A stretch of DNA of 64,000 nt from the sequence record OM319461.1; one strand, 5' to 3'. Positions 1-9,519 of the stretch are shown piece after piece; position 1 is the first letter of the stretch; every line of letters starts with the position of its first letter. The notes under the pieces were generated by a model. The model was given only the letters and a program-made list of their open reading frames with translations. It ran no database searches and was not told the origin of the DNA. The position numbers and the translations under genes are program-made.

Positions 1-677
1 GCGCTGGTATGACCAAGCGTCTTAAAGCTTTGGTGGAAACCAAGGCAAAATCAATCACCGGTCTAAACTCAACACTTACTGCTGAGTTTGAAGAGATCCA
101 GGTTAGTAAGTCAGGTGAAATGCATCAGACGCTAACAAAGGTAAGTCGTGAACGTTCTAATCCGAACTTTGTTTGGAACGAATACCGCGGTATGCCTATC
201 TACAAAGACTTGTCTCGCTGGATGATTGATCTAATGGAAGATCCGATGACTGGAGCTCCTGGTGTAATCAAGTACCAAGCTTATGCTGACGACGGTTACC
301 CTGAACTGCTTGATCATCTGACTTCTATGATTGTGTTGTTCATTCAACCGAACCACAACCTAACTGGCGTTGACTTCGCGTACCTATGTTCTAACATGAA
401 ACCAATTTCGATTCCTAACGAAGCGGCATTGGAGTACGGCACGGCACGTACAGCTGTAGAGCACGCAATTGACTTTACTGCACTTACACTAACAAGTGAC
501 CAAGTTGTAGCAGTTGCTGATCTAGCTAAAGCGTACCTAGATTCGATCAATAAGCAAGGTTACTCTCCGGCAGCACTTAAGCCGTTCATCTCTCAAATCA
601 ACCCTGATCTGATGGAAGACGCAACAGGTGGTGTAGGTCTACGTGGCGGCGCTCAAGCCGTAGCTGACAACCTTTAA
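1..677 (+). CDS. Tail tube protein (phiKZ gp30-like), 5'-truncated by window edge
   Basis: Motifs KALVETKAKSITGLNSTLT, VSRERSNPNFVWNE, LFIQP and IDFTALT resemble phiKZ-like tube proteins. The frame is open upstream of the ATG at 9. Confidence 0.75.
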   Translation, partial: AGMTKRLKALVETKAKSITGLNSTLTAEFEEIQVSKSGEMHQTLTKVSRERSNPNFVWNEYRGMPIYKDLSRWMIDLMEDPMTGAPGVIKYQAYADDGYPELLDHLTSMIVLFIQPNHNLTGVDFAYLCSNMKPISIPNEAALEYGTARTAVEHAIDFTALTLTSDQVVAVADLAKAYLDSINKQGYSPAALKPFISQINPDLMEDATGGVGLRGGAQAVADNL

Positions 678-715
678 TCTTGCCACGGGCTAGCTGTTCG
701 CTAGCAACGTTGGTG

Positions 716-776
716 AAAAAAAAAATAAGACAAGATAGCCCTCCTGCCCGAAGGCAGGAGGGTGTCTTTATTTTTT
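716..776. terminator. Bidirectional intrinsic terminator
   Basis: A10 run, perfect stem CCCTCCTGCC-cgaa-GGCAGGAGGG (739-762) and TTTATTTTTT, between convergent genes. Confidence 0.85.
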
Positions 777-1785
777 AAAAGTAAAACTTGGCGACAACTG
801 ATTCTTTTTCATCTAGTGACCATTCTTTCGTGTACTGCATTGTACGGTTACGGATAGTTAGACTGTAAAGAGCACCATCATCATTAAATTGATACTCGAA
901 TTTAAAGATAAGTGAATCGCGCTTTGTTGTCGTTGCTTCTAAATACGTAGCGGCAAGTAACTTCTCTTTACCTTCGGTATAGTAGAATCTTGTCAGATCA
1001 GTATCATCTCGTTTTATATCGAGTGCAAGACCAAGGTTATTGTACTCAGTGATGACATCCTTGCCTTTGAGTTTCGGATGTACCGAATCAGATTTTGTAC
1101 GGATGAATCTACGGTCATCGAAAGTACTGACGGTTGTTTCAACACGCGGGAGGTGTGGCACATGTAGCTGGTACTCTTTGCGTGATGCCGCAGGGTTGTC
1201 CGCAACAACCTTGGTGATAAGAACTTCTGGAGTCTTTTCGATTTTGTTTTCACCGTTTTCGGAGTACCAACGTCCAGTAATTGCATGGGCACCAAACGAC
1301 GATGTTTCAACCCAATCTCCAATTTCTTTCTTAGGGTGCATCCCAGTATCGTCATAGTCGAGGTACAAGCGTTCTCTTGTATAGTCTTCTAATTCAAATA
1401 CTTCTTGCGCTACACGAGTGCTGTGCTCCATGACTAGTTCTTGATGGTCGGCAAGTACCTTGTCAAGACTTGGCAATATCCCGCCGAGAGACATATGCTC
1501 GCGTGCCTTTGCTTGTAGTGTGTCAGTATTAATGTCCTTTGTCACAAGACAAAGTGTATGACTGCGCGCAGTGACAACATATAGTCTGTTGATGCCATAG
1601 TCCATTTTTGTGCGAACTATCGCAGACTGATCTTTAACTGGTTTCCACCCCCAAGCCTCTAGAAGTTGGCTCTTAAAGATCTGTTCCCATGTCAGTGTTT
1701 CTGACTTTACAAGTCGGTCAACAAGTACCGCTGTTTCAGTAGGAATGTTAAGAATTTCAGCTAGGTTTAATTCACGAGTAAACAT
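775..1785 (-). CDS. Hypothetical protein (336 aa) with YD/RHS-like beta-hairpin C-terminus
   Basis: Likely start MFTRELNLAE at 1785 with GGAG SD. The C-terminus has TRFYYTEGK and FEYQFNDDG motifs. Confidence 0.6.
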   Translation of the reverse strand: MFTRELNLAEILNIPTETAVLVDRLVKSETLTWEQIFKSQLLEAWGWKPVKDQSAIVRTKMDYGINRLYVVTARSHTLCLVTKDINTDTLQAKAREHMSLGGILPSLDKVLADHQELVMEHSTRVAQEVFELEDYTRERLYLDYDDTGMHPKKEIGDWVETSSFGAHAITGRWYSENGENKIEKTPEVLITKVVADNPAASRKEYQLHVPHLPRVETTVSTFDDRRFIRTKSDSVHPKLKGKDVITEYNNLGLALDIKRDDTDLTRFYYTEGKEKLLAATYLEATTTKRDSLIFKFEYQFNDDGALYSLTIRNRTMQYTKEWSLDEKESVVAKFYF

Positions 1786-1829
1786 AATGGGTTCTCCATA
1801 CAATGGCAGGTTCTCTACCAAAGGTTTAA

Positions 1830-2268
1830 AAAAATAAAAATAATGAGAATAGGCCCATATCCAAAGGAGACGGGCACTCACACGTTTCATAGCTTTTGTA
1901 AGGTCAATGACTCTTAAAGAAACGAACTACACGCTAGGACGCTTCCCGAAGAGAAATTGAGCCACTTGCCTGAGACAGAGTGGCGTTCACACATTAAATG
2001 CTAAATTGCTTCTGTAATGTAATCCAGAAGTTAATTGGAAAGTGCGCTGATGCGCGAGTATTACCATTTGGTAATTAGGTAAAGAGACATAGCCATCGGG
2101 AGGAGACTTAATTCCTGAGGCCAAAAGTTTTACAATCGTAACATTCCGCTAGATTGAAGATGCCCGAACATCTCAGTTACACATATCGTTTCTAACAACG
2201 TTGGTTAGCTATGTCTCTTAAATCGTAATAATCAGAGGCCATAAATCATGACCTCTTGTTATTAAGAC
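1830..2268. ncRNA. Candidate structured non-coding RNA / long leader
   Basis: No credible ORF. A perfect 12-bp inverted repeat (2082-2093 / 2208-2219) plus several local hairpins. Confidence 0.35.
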
Positions 2269-2358
2269 TTAGTCGGCAAACATGCCGTCTTCGTAGTCTG
2301 CTTCTTCTGGATCATCAAACGCTAGGTTTGGATCGCATTCGTAATCTTGATCTTCCAT
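2269..2358 (-). CDS. Acidic 29-aa micro-protein MEDQDYECDPNLAFDDPEEADYEDGMFAD
   Basis: Hand-translated. The ATG overlaps the upstream stop (TAATG coupling), and a hairpin follows at about 2226-2263. Confidence 0.6.
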   Translation of the reverse strand: MEDQDYECDPNLAFDDPEEADYEDGMFAD

Positions 2359-2678
2359 TATGCTAGTAGACCTTCATACTTTGCCAGCTCGACTTTCTGT
2401 GCTTCGATCTGTGCCTGTACTGTAACAGTAGTTGCACGTCCATTGTTTCCAGGAATCTTTTCGCGTTTAACACGACCAGGGAAACGTTTGCCGAGCTCAG
2501 CCAACTTGAATGAGTTCTTGCAAAGCTCTGCAAGCATGCCTACCAATACACGATCCACTGATGGGTCTTGCTTAGGTTGCTTGTGAACAAAACGAGGACT
2601 ATTGCGATGCTCATCACGAGGTGCTGAACGACGACGATCACCAAAAGTACGACGGCCACGGCCATAAAGAGTAGTCAT
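2358..2678 (-). CDS. Small basic hypothetical protein
   Basis: 106-aa ORF with an Arg-rich N-terminus and GGAG SD upstream. Confidence 0.65.
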   Translation of the reverse strand: MTTLYGRGRRTFGDRRRSAPRDEHRNSPRFVHKQPKQDPSVDRVLVGMLAELCKNSFKLAELGKRFPGRVKREKIPGNNGRATTVTVQAQIEAQKVELAKYEGLLA

Positions 2679-2723
2679 AATAAAAATCTCCAGATTGAGT
2701 GTGTGATAAATTGAGGGTTGGTA

Positions 2724-3152
2724 TTAAGCGTCTGATTCTAGATCGCCAGCGCCAAAGTCCATACCAGCGACAAGGTCGGTAGCGTAAGACAGAACATCGT
2801 CTTTGCCATGCGAGACAATATTGAACGCTGTAACCGAATAGCCGTTTTTAGTTTCGCCGGCAATTTCAATTTCTTTGTCTACTGTGTGTTCGATTGAGCC
2901 ACGGGTAGTTTCAAAGTGCGTAGTGATGTGATCTAGATTGTTTTCAGCCATAACTCGTGCAGATGCAATAAGTGATGCCGCACCAAAGTCAGCCACAAAC
3001 TCTTCTGCTTTTTCCAGAGTAGCCATTGAAAGACCTTCTGGTAGAACCGACTCCATTACTGACTTGTCACCGCTAACGTGGTTACCTGTGATAGTCACGT
3101 TCTTTTGTACAGTTTCAGCCATGGTGTTGATCATATCGAATTTAGAAGACAT
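2724..3152 (-). CDS. Conserved jumbo-phage hypothetical protein
   Basis: 142-aa ORF with AAGGA SD. The LPEGLSMATLE motif recalls a small phiKZ-like family. Confidence 0.7.
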   Translation of the reverse strand: MSSKFDMINTMAETVQKNVTITGNHVSGDKSVMESVLPEGLSMATLEKAEEFVADFGAASLIASARVMAENNLDHITTHFETTRGSIEHTVDKEIEIAGETKNGYSVTAFNIVSHGKDDVLSYATDLVAGMDFGAGDLESDA

Positions 3153-3272
3153 GTGTATTCCTTTTAATGAATGGTTAGTTGCACACTATTGTGCATGCAT
3201 GTAAATATCAACAATTAGAGTTTAACAACCCTATGCACTTCAGTTATATAGAAATGAAAAAGCTTTGAAAAT

Positions 3273-3300
3273 AAGATACGGGGCCGAAACCCCGTATCTT
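3273..3300. terminator. Intrinsic terminator
   Basis: Stem AAGATACGGG / CCCGTATCTT with A/T-rich flanks. Confidence 0.8.
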
Positions 3301-3309
3301 TTATTATTA

Positions 3310-3570
3310 TTATTGTGTTGCCAGCTTTAACCATCGGTTACCAGCAGCATGTATAAAGATCTGTACGATTTCAGGTAAGTCCTGTTCTTGTGCAGAGTTA
3401 CGTGCTGTTTCCCAGTTGGTTAGGTCGACCTTGACGTTGTTAGTACGCAGTACGTTTTCAGCAATAAGGTCCAAAGACTTTGTGGACTTAGCTCGCTGTA
3501 AGAATACCTCGCAATCTTTTGCGGTACTTAATTTTTTAAGATAGCGACATTTTGTCACAAGATGTGGCAT
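3310..3570 (-). CDS. Hypothetical protein
   Basis: 86-aa ORF translationally coupled (TAATG) to the protease gene. Confidence 0.6.
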   Translation of the reverse strand: MPHLVTKCRYLKKLSTAKDCEVFLQRAKSTKSLDLIAENVLRTNNVKVDLTNWETARNSAQEQDLPEIVQIFIHAAGNRWLKLATQ

Positions 3571-4391
3571 TAGAAAAGATCCGTCGCATGTAGTGACAAT
3601 AGCTCTACTTTGTTCCAGCCAAGTTCATCTTTGATCATGGTGGTTGAAACGGCTTTCGAGTCTTCGATGCCAGTTAGACTAGATAGGTGATCTGCTACAG
3701 CTGCTGCTGCATTCAAGTCTTCTATAGAGAACTCAAGTTCAAGCAGAGAATCCATGCCTGCGTTGTCCACATAGCCTTCAGTATCAAACTGTGCTGGGGA
3801 ATTGTACTTCGTGCACAAGTCAACGCCTGGTAGGTTAACGTAGTCCCATGTAAAGATCGTGTGGATCTCTTTCTCAAGACGCATGTTGCCATCTGGGCCT
3901 TTGCGTTCATGGCGCTTAGACGCAGAACGAATCGAGAACGAACAGTTTTGTTCATCGTTACCGAATGCAGACTCCAGACAAGAAGCATAAGGACCGAAAG
4001 GTTTAACCCAGCCCATTGCTAGGACAACGTCGTTTCCTTCGTGGTCTTTTGCATGTTTAAGAACGATGTCTTTGATGTGGTGTGACATGTGCTTTTCCGT
4101 AATCGTACGAAAACGGTTAACAAATGACTGAACGCTTTCACCCGGTTGTAATGTAGGATGTCCCCATTCACCGTAAAGGTTACGCTCACGTGCACGCGTC
4201 ATCAACTGAGAGGAAGCCTTAAATAGGTTTTCTAGCTCTCGAGTAAATTTGTAATAAGCTCGACCGTCTCCGCGGTTCGAGTAGTTAAACGCACTAAGGG
4301 TTACTAAACGATAGCCCTTACTGTCTGTTTGTAATTCAGAAGCTTGTTGTACGTTTAGTACGTCACTTCCGAAGTATGCAATATTATCCAT
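3570..4391 (-). CDS. Prohead (head maturation) serine protease, phiKZ gp175-like
   Basis: LYGEWGHP (catalytic His), FSIRS (catalytic Ser) and TWDYVNLPG. Syntenic with gp176/177/178-like genes. Confidence 0.9.
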   Translation of the reverse strand: MDNIAYFGSDVLNVQQASELQTDSKGYRLVTLSAFNYSNRGDGRAYYKFTRELENLFKASSQLMTRARERNLYGEWGHPTLQPGESVQSFVNRFRTITEKHMSHHIKDIVLKHAKDHEGNDVVLAMGWVKPFGPYASCLESAFGNDEQNCSFSIRSASKRHERKGPDGNMRLEKEIHTIFTWDYVNLPGVDLCTKYNSPAQFDTEGYVDNAGMDSLLELEFSIEDLNAAAAVADHLSSLTGIEDSKAVSTTMIKDELGWNKVELLSLHATDLF

Positions 4392-4399
4392 GCCAACCT

Positions 4400-5128
4400 C
4401 TATGAGATAAGTATTTGCTCTACTTCTTCGATGTTTTCCGACGGGTTAACTAATGCAGAGTTAAAGCCCTGTGCCAGATAAGAACCAAGCAAACGCGTGG
4501 TTGTGTTATCGGCAACATAAGCAACGGAACGTAGAGCGATGCGGTCTACCTTCATTGCGTGGAAATCACTTTGCTTCTTATATAGTTCACGAGCCGGTTG
4601 TGTTCTATCTTGCGTCGCACGAGTTGTGGTAGCATTATAGATACGAAGAAGAGAGTAGTTTGTTTGTAGGTCAACGCCAGTAAACTCTTTGATTGAGTCA
4701 AGTAGCTTACATTGGTCGATGTTGTCCATGTATGGAGGAATTCGGTTTTTGGTAACGAACTCATCGTAAATCTCGAACGCCAGAGAAGAACGCTGAACAA
4801 GATTAAGGTTTGGACAAATCACGTCACCTTTTTCCCAAGTGAGTTCATAGTAATCTACTTGGTTGATTTTGGTGATCGTTGAACCTGCCGGAGTCAAAGG
4901 TATGATTGAACAGATAGAACATACGTCCCATGTCCCGTCTTCCAATACAACCACGAAGATAGCGACTGTATTAAAACGTTCATCAAGATTACCAAGCTTA
5001 CCACCTAGATAGCGCTTAGGAAAAAGAATTCTGATTTTTTCTTTAGCAATCCATTTATGATATTTTGTTTCTTCATGGATGGCCGCCATAACTTTATCGC
5101 GATTTCTTTTCTTTTGATCAAATTCCAT
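4400..5128 (-). CDS. phiKZ gp176-like virion protein (probable vRNAP beta-prime C-terminal subunit)
   Basis: Position between the protease and gp177/178-like genes. Motifs IRILFPKRYL and ALRSVAYVADNTTTRLLGSYLAQG. Confidence 0.7.
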   Translation of the reverse strand: MEFDQKKRNRDKVMAAIHEETKYHKWIAKEKIRILFPKRYLGGKLGNLDERFNTVAIFVVVLEDGTWDVCSICSIIPLTPAGSTITKINQVDYYELTWEKGDVICPNLNLVQRSSLAFEIYDEFVTKNRIPPYMDNIDQCKLLDSIKEFTGVDLQTNYSLLRIYNATTTRATQDRTQPARELYKKQSDFHAMKVDRIALRSVAYVADNTTTRLLGSYLAQGFNSALVNPSENIEEVEQILIS

Positions 5129-5182
5129 CGATAAATCCTTAAAAGGAAAATGCGACCAGGATTACCCCAGCCGCATCCTTTG

Positions 5183-6673
5183 TTAACCTACAGAGACAGG
5201 AGTACTGAGCTCATTGCCAACGCTAAAAGGTTGGGTAATGGTTTGCTTAGCCATAAAGCGAGCAAGCAGACGTGCGATGCCAAACTCAAGAGCTTTTTGT
5301 AGTGATGCATCTTCGTTGCCGTCACGCTCTAGGTAGTTTTGCATTTCTGTGATTACCACTTCGGCATCAAGACCACGACCGATTGTTTTACATACAGCGC
5401 GTGTCACATAAGCTACGTCTGTTGTCAACTGATCTTTACGTGCATGGTTGAAGTACTCGCGTACAGCAGCAACATCATCGCGTAGTGATTCTTTTGCTGT
5501 TTCTGAGCGCTCTGCTTCTGAGTTAAGATGACGAACGATTGCACTTTCTGTGATGCGTTCGATTTGTGACTCTGAAACAGTACGTGAAATCACTGACGCT
5601 TTCTTCATTGCGAAGTTGTAACGATCAACAAGTTCTTTCGGATCTTTGATCTCGCCATTAAGAACATTTGTCGCAGTAGTGCCGTAAGCAACAAGAGCAC
5701 CGAGAACCAACTCTTTTGTATTCTCTTCAGCTTCGACCCATTTCATGTAACGAGCTTCGTCAGCATGAACGATCTTTTTGTTTTCAGTACCAAGGAATAC
5801 GCGTTCGTTCTTAGCTTCACGAGCAAGGTAATCCATGCGTTGGTTAACTGCCCATTGGTAAGAAGAAATAGCACCTGCTAGTTCAACACGCTCATTTGCA
5901 TCTAGTGCATCAGGCGATACTAGTGGATGGTTACCAGCACGAACACCACGCAAGAACATAAACGTCAATAGGTCACTGTGCTCTAGATAAGCAGACATCA
6001 AACCGATACGCTTTGGCTCTAGGAAGATAACGCCGCTTACTTCAAAGCCAGTGTCAACATAGCTCTTTTCGTTGCCCACGTACGCTTCGTTTGATTTAGT
6101 TACGAGAGCTGCAAGTTCAGTATTGATTTCAGCAGAAGGTGTCTTCATTGTTTCGATAAGCTGTGGAACAGTTAGATCAGAAACAAGTTTGCGAAGCAGT
6201 GAACCACCGATAGACTTTTTGCGTTGTTCACGAAGACTTGGGTTTTTAACTGCCTGCTCTAAATAAGAACTAGAGTAAACGTTTGGAAGACGATGTAACT
6301 GAACACCAAGACCTAAAGCATTTTGCTCTGCGATCTCAATACGAGCACGTGTAATTTCACTGCGGATTTCACGAACTAGAGGATTGATCTCTTCTTGAAT
6401 AAGACGTAGTGTTTTACGCTCAAGAACACTCTTCAAGTTGTGTGCAAGTACCGCTACTTCTTCACCGTGATCATGTGGGTTCAGAGCATGTGGAGCCGAG
6501 GCAGACATAATTGCATCAGCACCTTTGTTGCGGAATTCTGCTTCAGTAATGCCACTTAGAGTAGTCACAAGAGCCGCAAGCGGAGATGCTGGGATAGCAG
6601 AAAGAACTAAACCGCGTGCACTAGCATTGCCTGCAACTACCATGCCTTGGGCAGTACTATGTGAATTAAGCAT
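5183..6673 (-). CDS. phiKZ gp177-like virion head protein
   Basis: 496-aa helical protein in the conserved position between the gp176-like and gp178-like genes. Confidence 0.6.
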   Translation of the reverse strand: MLNSHSTAQGMVVAGNASARGLVLSAIPASPLAALVTTLSGITEAEFRNKGADAIMSASAPHALNPHDHGEEVAVLAHNLKSVLERKTLRLIQEEINPLVREIRSEITRARIEIAEQNALGLGVQLHRLPNVYSSSYLEQAVKNPSLREQRKKSIGGSLLRKLVSDLTVPQLIETMKTPSAEINTELAALVTKSNEAYVGNEKSYVDTGFEVSGVIFLEPKRIGLMSAYLEHSDLLTFMFLRGVRAGNHPLVSPDALDANERVELAGAISSYQWAVNQRMDYLAREAKNERVFLGTENKKIVHADEARYMKWVEAEENTKELVLGALVAYGTTATNVLNGEIKDPKELVDRYNFAMKKASVISRTVSESQIERITESAIVRHLNSEAERSETAKESLRDDVAAVREYFNHARKDQLTTDVAYVTRAVCKTIGRGLDAEVVITEMQNYLERDGNEDASLQKALEFGIARLLARFMAKQTITQPFSVGNELSTPVSVG

Positions 6674-6851
6674 TGTGTTCTCTCCGATTGATAAGTTCTT
6701 GGTTGTATTCAGCAGCAGCGATTTGTGCTACTGATTCCATATCGATCTTGCCAAGGTAGCCACCTTCCATCTTTTGCATGGTTTGGCACACAAGATCAAT
6801 AGCTGCAACAGCAACTGTTGCATTTTGTTTTCTTATTTGATCTGTTAACAT
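6666..6851 (-). CDS. Small hypothetical protein
   Basis: 61-aa ORF with GGAG SD; its stop overlaps the next gene start. Confidence 0.55.
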   Translation of the reverse strand: MLTDQIRKQNATVAVAAIDLVCQTMQKMEGGYLGKIDMESVAQIAAAEYNQELINRREHNA

Positions 6852-6949
6852 GTTAAACTCCAGTTTGTCCTTCTTTTGCCAATGCGCTTTTGGCTAGGAC
6901 GCTGATTTATAGAAAAGGGCGCGTACGCCCTATCCTATTTGTGCTGCTT

Positions 6950-8080
6950 TTACTTCTTTGGCCCGTTGACTAGGATGTCCATTGCCATTTCAGTAACGCG
7001 AATCATCGTGGTATTCACAGTACCTTGTTTGATAGGTGAACCTACGATACGGTCGTTTACGGAACGATAACCAAAGATAACATCTAGCTCTTTTCCGTCC
7101 ATGGTTTGGTTAACACCATCCAGTGTACCGCCTGGAACAGACTTGAGCTGGTTACCCATCGCATGTTTATCACCGATAGAGTGAGGCAGCAGGCTATCGA
7201 TAAAGATAGAGATTACCATCGTACCTTCGATTACTTTCTCACCACTTACGAAAGTAGCACGAGAGATCTGTCCGGTCTTGGCAATACGTCCACCCATTTC
7301 ACGAGCATGTTTTGCACGTCGTTTGTTATCGGCTTCAATGATTGTGCGTAGACTAGGACTGAAGTCTTCAAGCTTACCATTGTAAACAACTTCGATTCGC
7401 GTAATCTTACCTTGCTTACCAGCAGTCGGGTTAGAGCCAACTAGTTTATCAAGAGCAGCAAGAGAAGCATCTGTATTAGCAATGCCTTCTGTACCGCCTT
7501 CAAGAATACGACAAAGAATCGTATCGTCTTCTACATCAGTACCAACTTCTAACAAACCTTCGACTGATTGATCTGCACGAATCAAAAGACCTTTTTCTTT
7601 TGAAGTCCATGTACTAAGTTTCTTAGTAACACGTGGACCGATGCGAGAACCATCTTCTAGGGTATCATTGTTTTCCATTAGTGCCGTGCGGAACATTGCA
7701 CCAGTCTTCATAACTACGTTACGAGGACTAAAGAAGTCACGCTCAAAGAAGCCAACGTTCCATGCAAGAATGTCACCGGCTACAAATGTATCGCCAGCTT
7801 TCAAATCAGTTTCGAAGTGATGAGGAATAGCTTTACCTTCGGCCTTGCCGTGGATAATGCCAATCTCAAAACCTTTCGTAGAACCGTCTTTGTATTCTAG
7901 TTTCATGTAACGATCATCGATCTTCGCAATCTTGCCTTCCTGTTCCGCCTTAACAACATACAGTGAACCAAGACGCGATGCAACAACTGCATCATAACCA
8001 GTGCGACACGGCATTACGTCGTAGCCAATGGCAGGAGTAAATGCTGACATCTGAACTGACCCTAAATTCTGTCGCTTCGC
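6950..8080 (-). CDS. Virion RNA polymerase beta subunit (phiKZ gp178-like), exon 2
   Basis: Beta motifs ENNDTLEDG and GDKHAMGNQLKSV. Begins AKRQNLGSVQM directly after the intron terminal G at 8081. Confidence 0.9.
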   Translation of the reverse strand, partial: AKRQNLGSVQMSAFTPAIGYDVMPCRTGYDAVVASRLGSLYVVKAEQEGKIAKIDDRYMKLEYKDGSTKGFEIGIIHGKAEGKAIPHHFETDLKAGDTFVAGDILAWNVGFFERDFFSPRNVVMKTGAMFRTALMENNDTLEDGSRIGPRVTKKLSTWTSKEKGLLIRADQSVEGLLEVGTDVEDDTILCRILEGGTEGIANTDASLAALDKLVGSNPTAGKQGKITRIEVVYNGKLEDFSPSLRTIIEADNKRRAKHAREMGGRIAKTGQISRATFVSGEKVIEGTMVISIFIDSLLPHSIGDKHAMGNQLKSVPGGTLDGVNQTMDGKELDVIFGYRSVNDRIVGSPIKQGTVNTTMIRVTEMAMDILVNGPKK

Positions 8081-9519
8081 CAATATCTTCAGGAAGTTCG
8101 TTAAGCTTCCCCTGTTTATACAGCTCTGTCATTACAACAGAAAGTAACAGCGCGACTCACTGTTACGTTGAGACTATATCATACCTGCTTCACTATTACC
8201 GCTAACAGGTTCCTTCCGCTTCCATTTAAGGGATTCAATACCCACCCACTTGGGCCGTACTCTACTCGCTTCTTCATTGTGGTATTTCTCCACAAATCTG
8301 CTTTCGATAGTCGTTGAACTTTCCTCGTATCCGTAGACTTAGAGGCTTAGCTGCGCTAGGGACTTGATGTCCGATTTTCCCAGGTAAAGCATTCTTACGT
8401 TGTCTTCTCTATTTCTAGGAAGGATAGTAGCTTTACTTTTAACAGGAGGTTCCCGCAATTCAAAAGGATTTAAAGACGACCCGTGTTTTTTCTATCACTA
8501 TAAAAGCAATAGGTACAGTTGTCGAAAATTCTTTCACCCTTTGTTTTACATCTGTAGAACAAAGTAGTTTTATTTATTTCCAGGGTCTCATAAGCGTCCT
8601 TGGCCGTGAGAAAGATTGTCTCTTTGCCAATATCCATATTTTTGACTATGACCACTCTCTGTGATGTACAGCGCTCATAATCTTCATATGGATCTTCAAA
8701 AGTTCTCCAGTCTTCATCGCCGAGCTTAAATTGCAGTAGCTTGGTGGTGGTTAGCTGGTGACCTTTCTTTAGCCATTCGCTTATGTAGGTAGGAACAATA
8801 TCGAAAAAACTAGCAGCCTCGTTGATCTTGGAAAATTCAAAAATCTCTCCAGTCAAAACTTTCTTGACGCAGATCTTTTTGGTATTACCAGGAGTCATCG
8901 TTTTAGTATTCTCGGTCCATTTTGGTTTTTCTAAAACCAAAGAATATTGTTTCTGTTCTGGCCAGATAGTCCCTTCGGAAAACTGGACCCGATATTTTAT
9001 TGCCTCGTATGACATATCCAAGCATACTCCAGCTTCTTTGAGACTTGGATAAAAATCCACTTCCCCTGTTGAAGCGTCCCTAACTAAGACTGGCTTACAT
9101 TTGCTGCTTAACTTGTTAAGTCCAGCATGATGACAGTTTTGTTGTGGAGTAGCCCACTCTAGGTTGTCGAGGAAATCATCACCCTTTATTCCATTCTTGT
9201 GGTTAACATATTTTTCTTCTGGGTTGGCAATTGGCTTAAATGTCAAGCACATTAATCGATGTCTGCCGATAGTCATCGTATCGCCTTTGTCATTACGTAG
9301 ACGATAGTGACAATACCCAGCCGGGTTTATCGAACCACTAAGTTCCTTTGTGGTAATCGAACTGTAGACAGTGCCGTCTTCATCGATACCATAATCAGGA
9401 TATCCTGGAATCTGGAAATATTTTAAATTTTCTCTAAGTCTAATCATTTTTCAATGTCCCAAAATTATTACCATGTAATTAGGGGTATAAACTTAGTTTT
9501 TGTACAAGCACCCTTATTG
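8081..9519 (-). mobile_element. Group I intron (IA-like) in vRNAP beta, carrying an HNH endonuclease
   Basis: On the minus strand: P AAUUGCGGGAA (about 8450-8460), Q GCGCAGCUAAG, R GUUCAACGACUA, S GAUAUAGUC (8172-8180). The exon ends in U (GAU) and the intron ends in G. Splicing restores HHDD-AKRQN. Confidence 0.92.
8470..9447 (-). CDS. Intron-encoded HNH homing endonuclease (NUMOD4-HNH-NUMOD1 type)
   Basis: IPGYPDYGIDEDG, HRLMCLTF, VNHKNGIKGDDFLDNLEW and repeated C-terminal F.S..EA motifs. Confidence 0.9.
   Translation of the reverse strand: MIRLRENLKYFQIPGYPDYGIDEDGTVYSSITTKELSGSINPAGYCHYRLRNDKGDTMTIGRHRLMCLTFKPIANPEEKYVNHKNGIKGDDFLDNLEWATPQQNCHHAGLNKLSSKCKPVLVRDASTGEVDFYPSLKEAGVCLDMSYEAIKYRVQFSEGTIWPEQKQYSLVLEKPKWTENTKTMTPGNTKKICVKKVLTGEIFEFSKINEAASFFDIVPTYISEWLKKGHQLTTTKLLQFKLGDEDWRTFEDPYEDYERCTSQRVVIVKNMDIGKETIFLTAKDAYETLEINKTTLFYRCKTKGERIFDNCTYCFYSDRKNTGRL

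Noticed and set aside
1830-2268. tRNA, tmRNA or intron remnant
   Set aside because: No cloverleaf, T-loop/CCA end, or group I P7 (GACUA/UAGUC) elements were found by eye.
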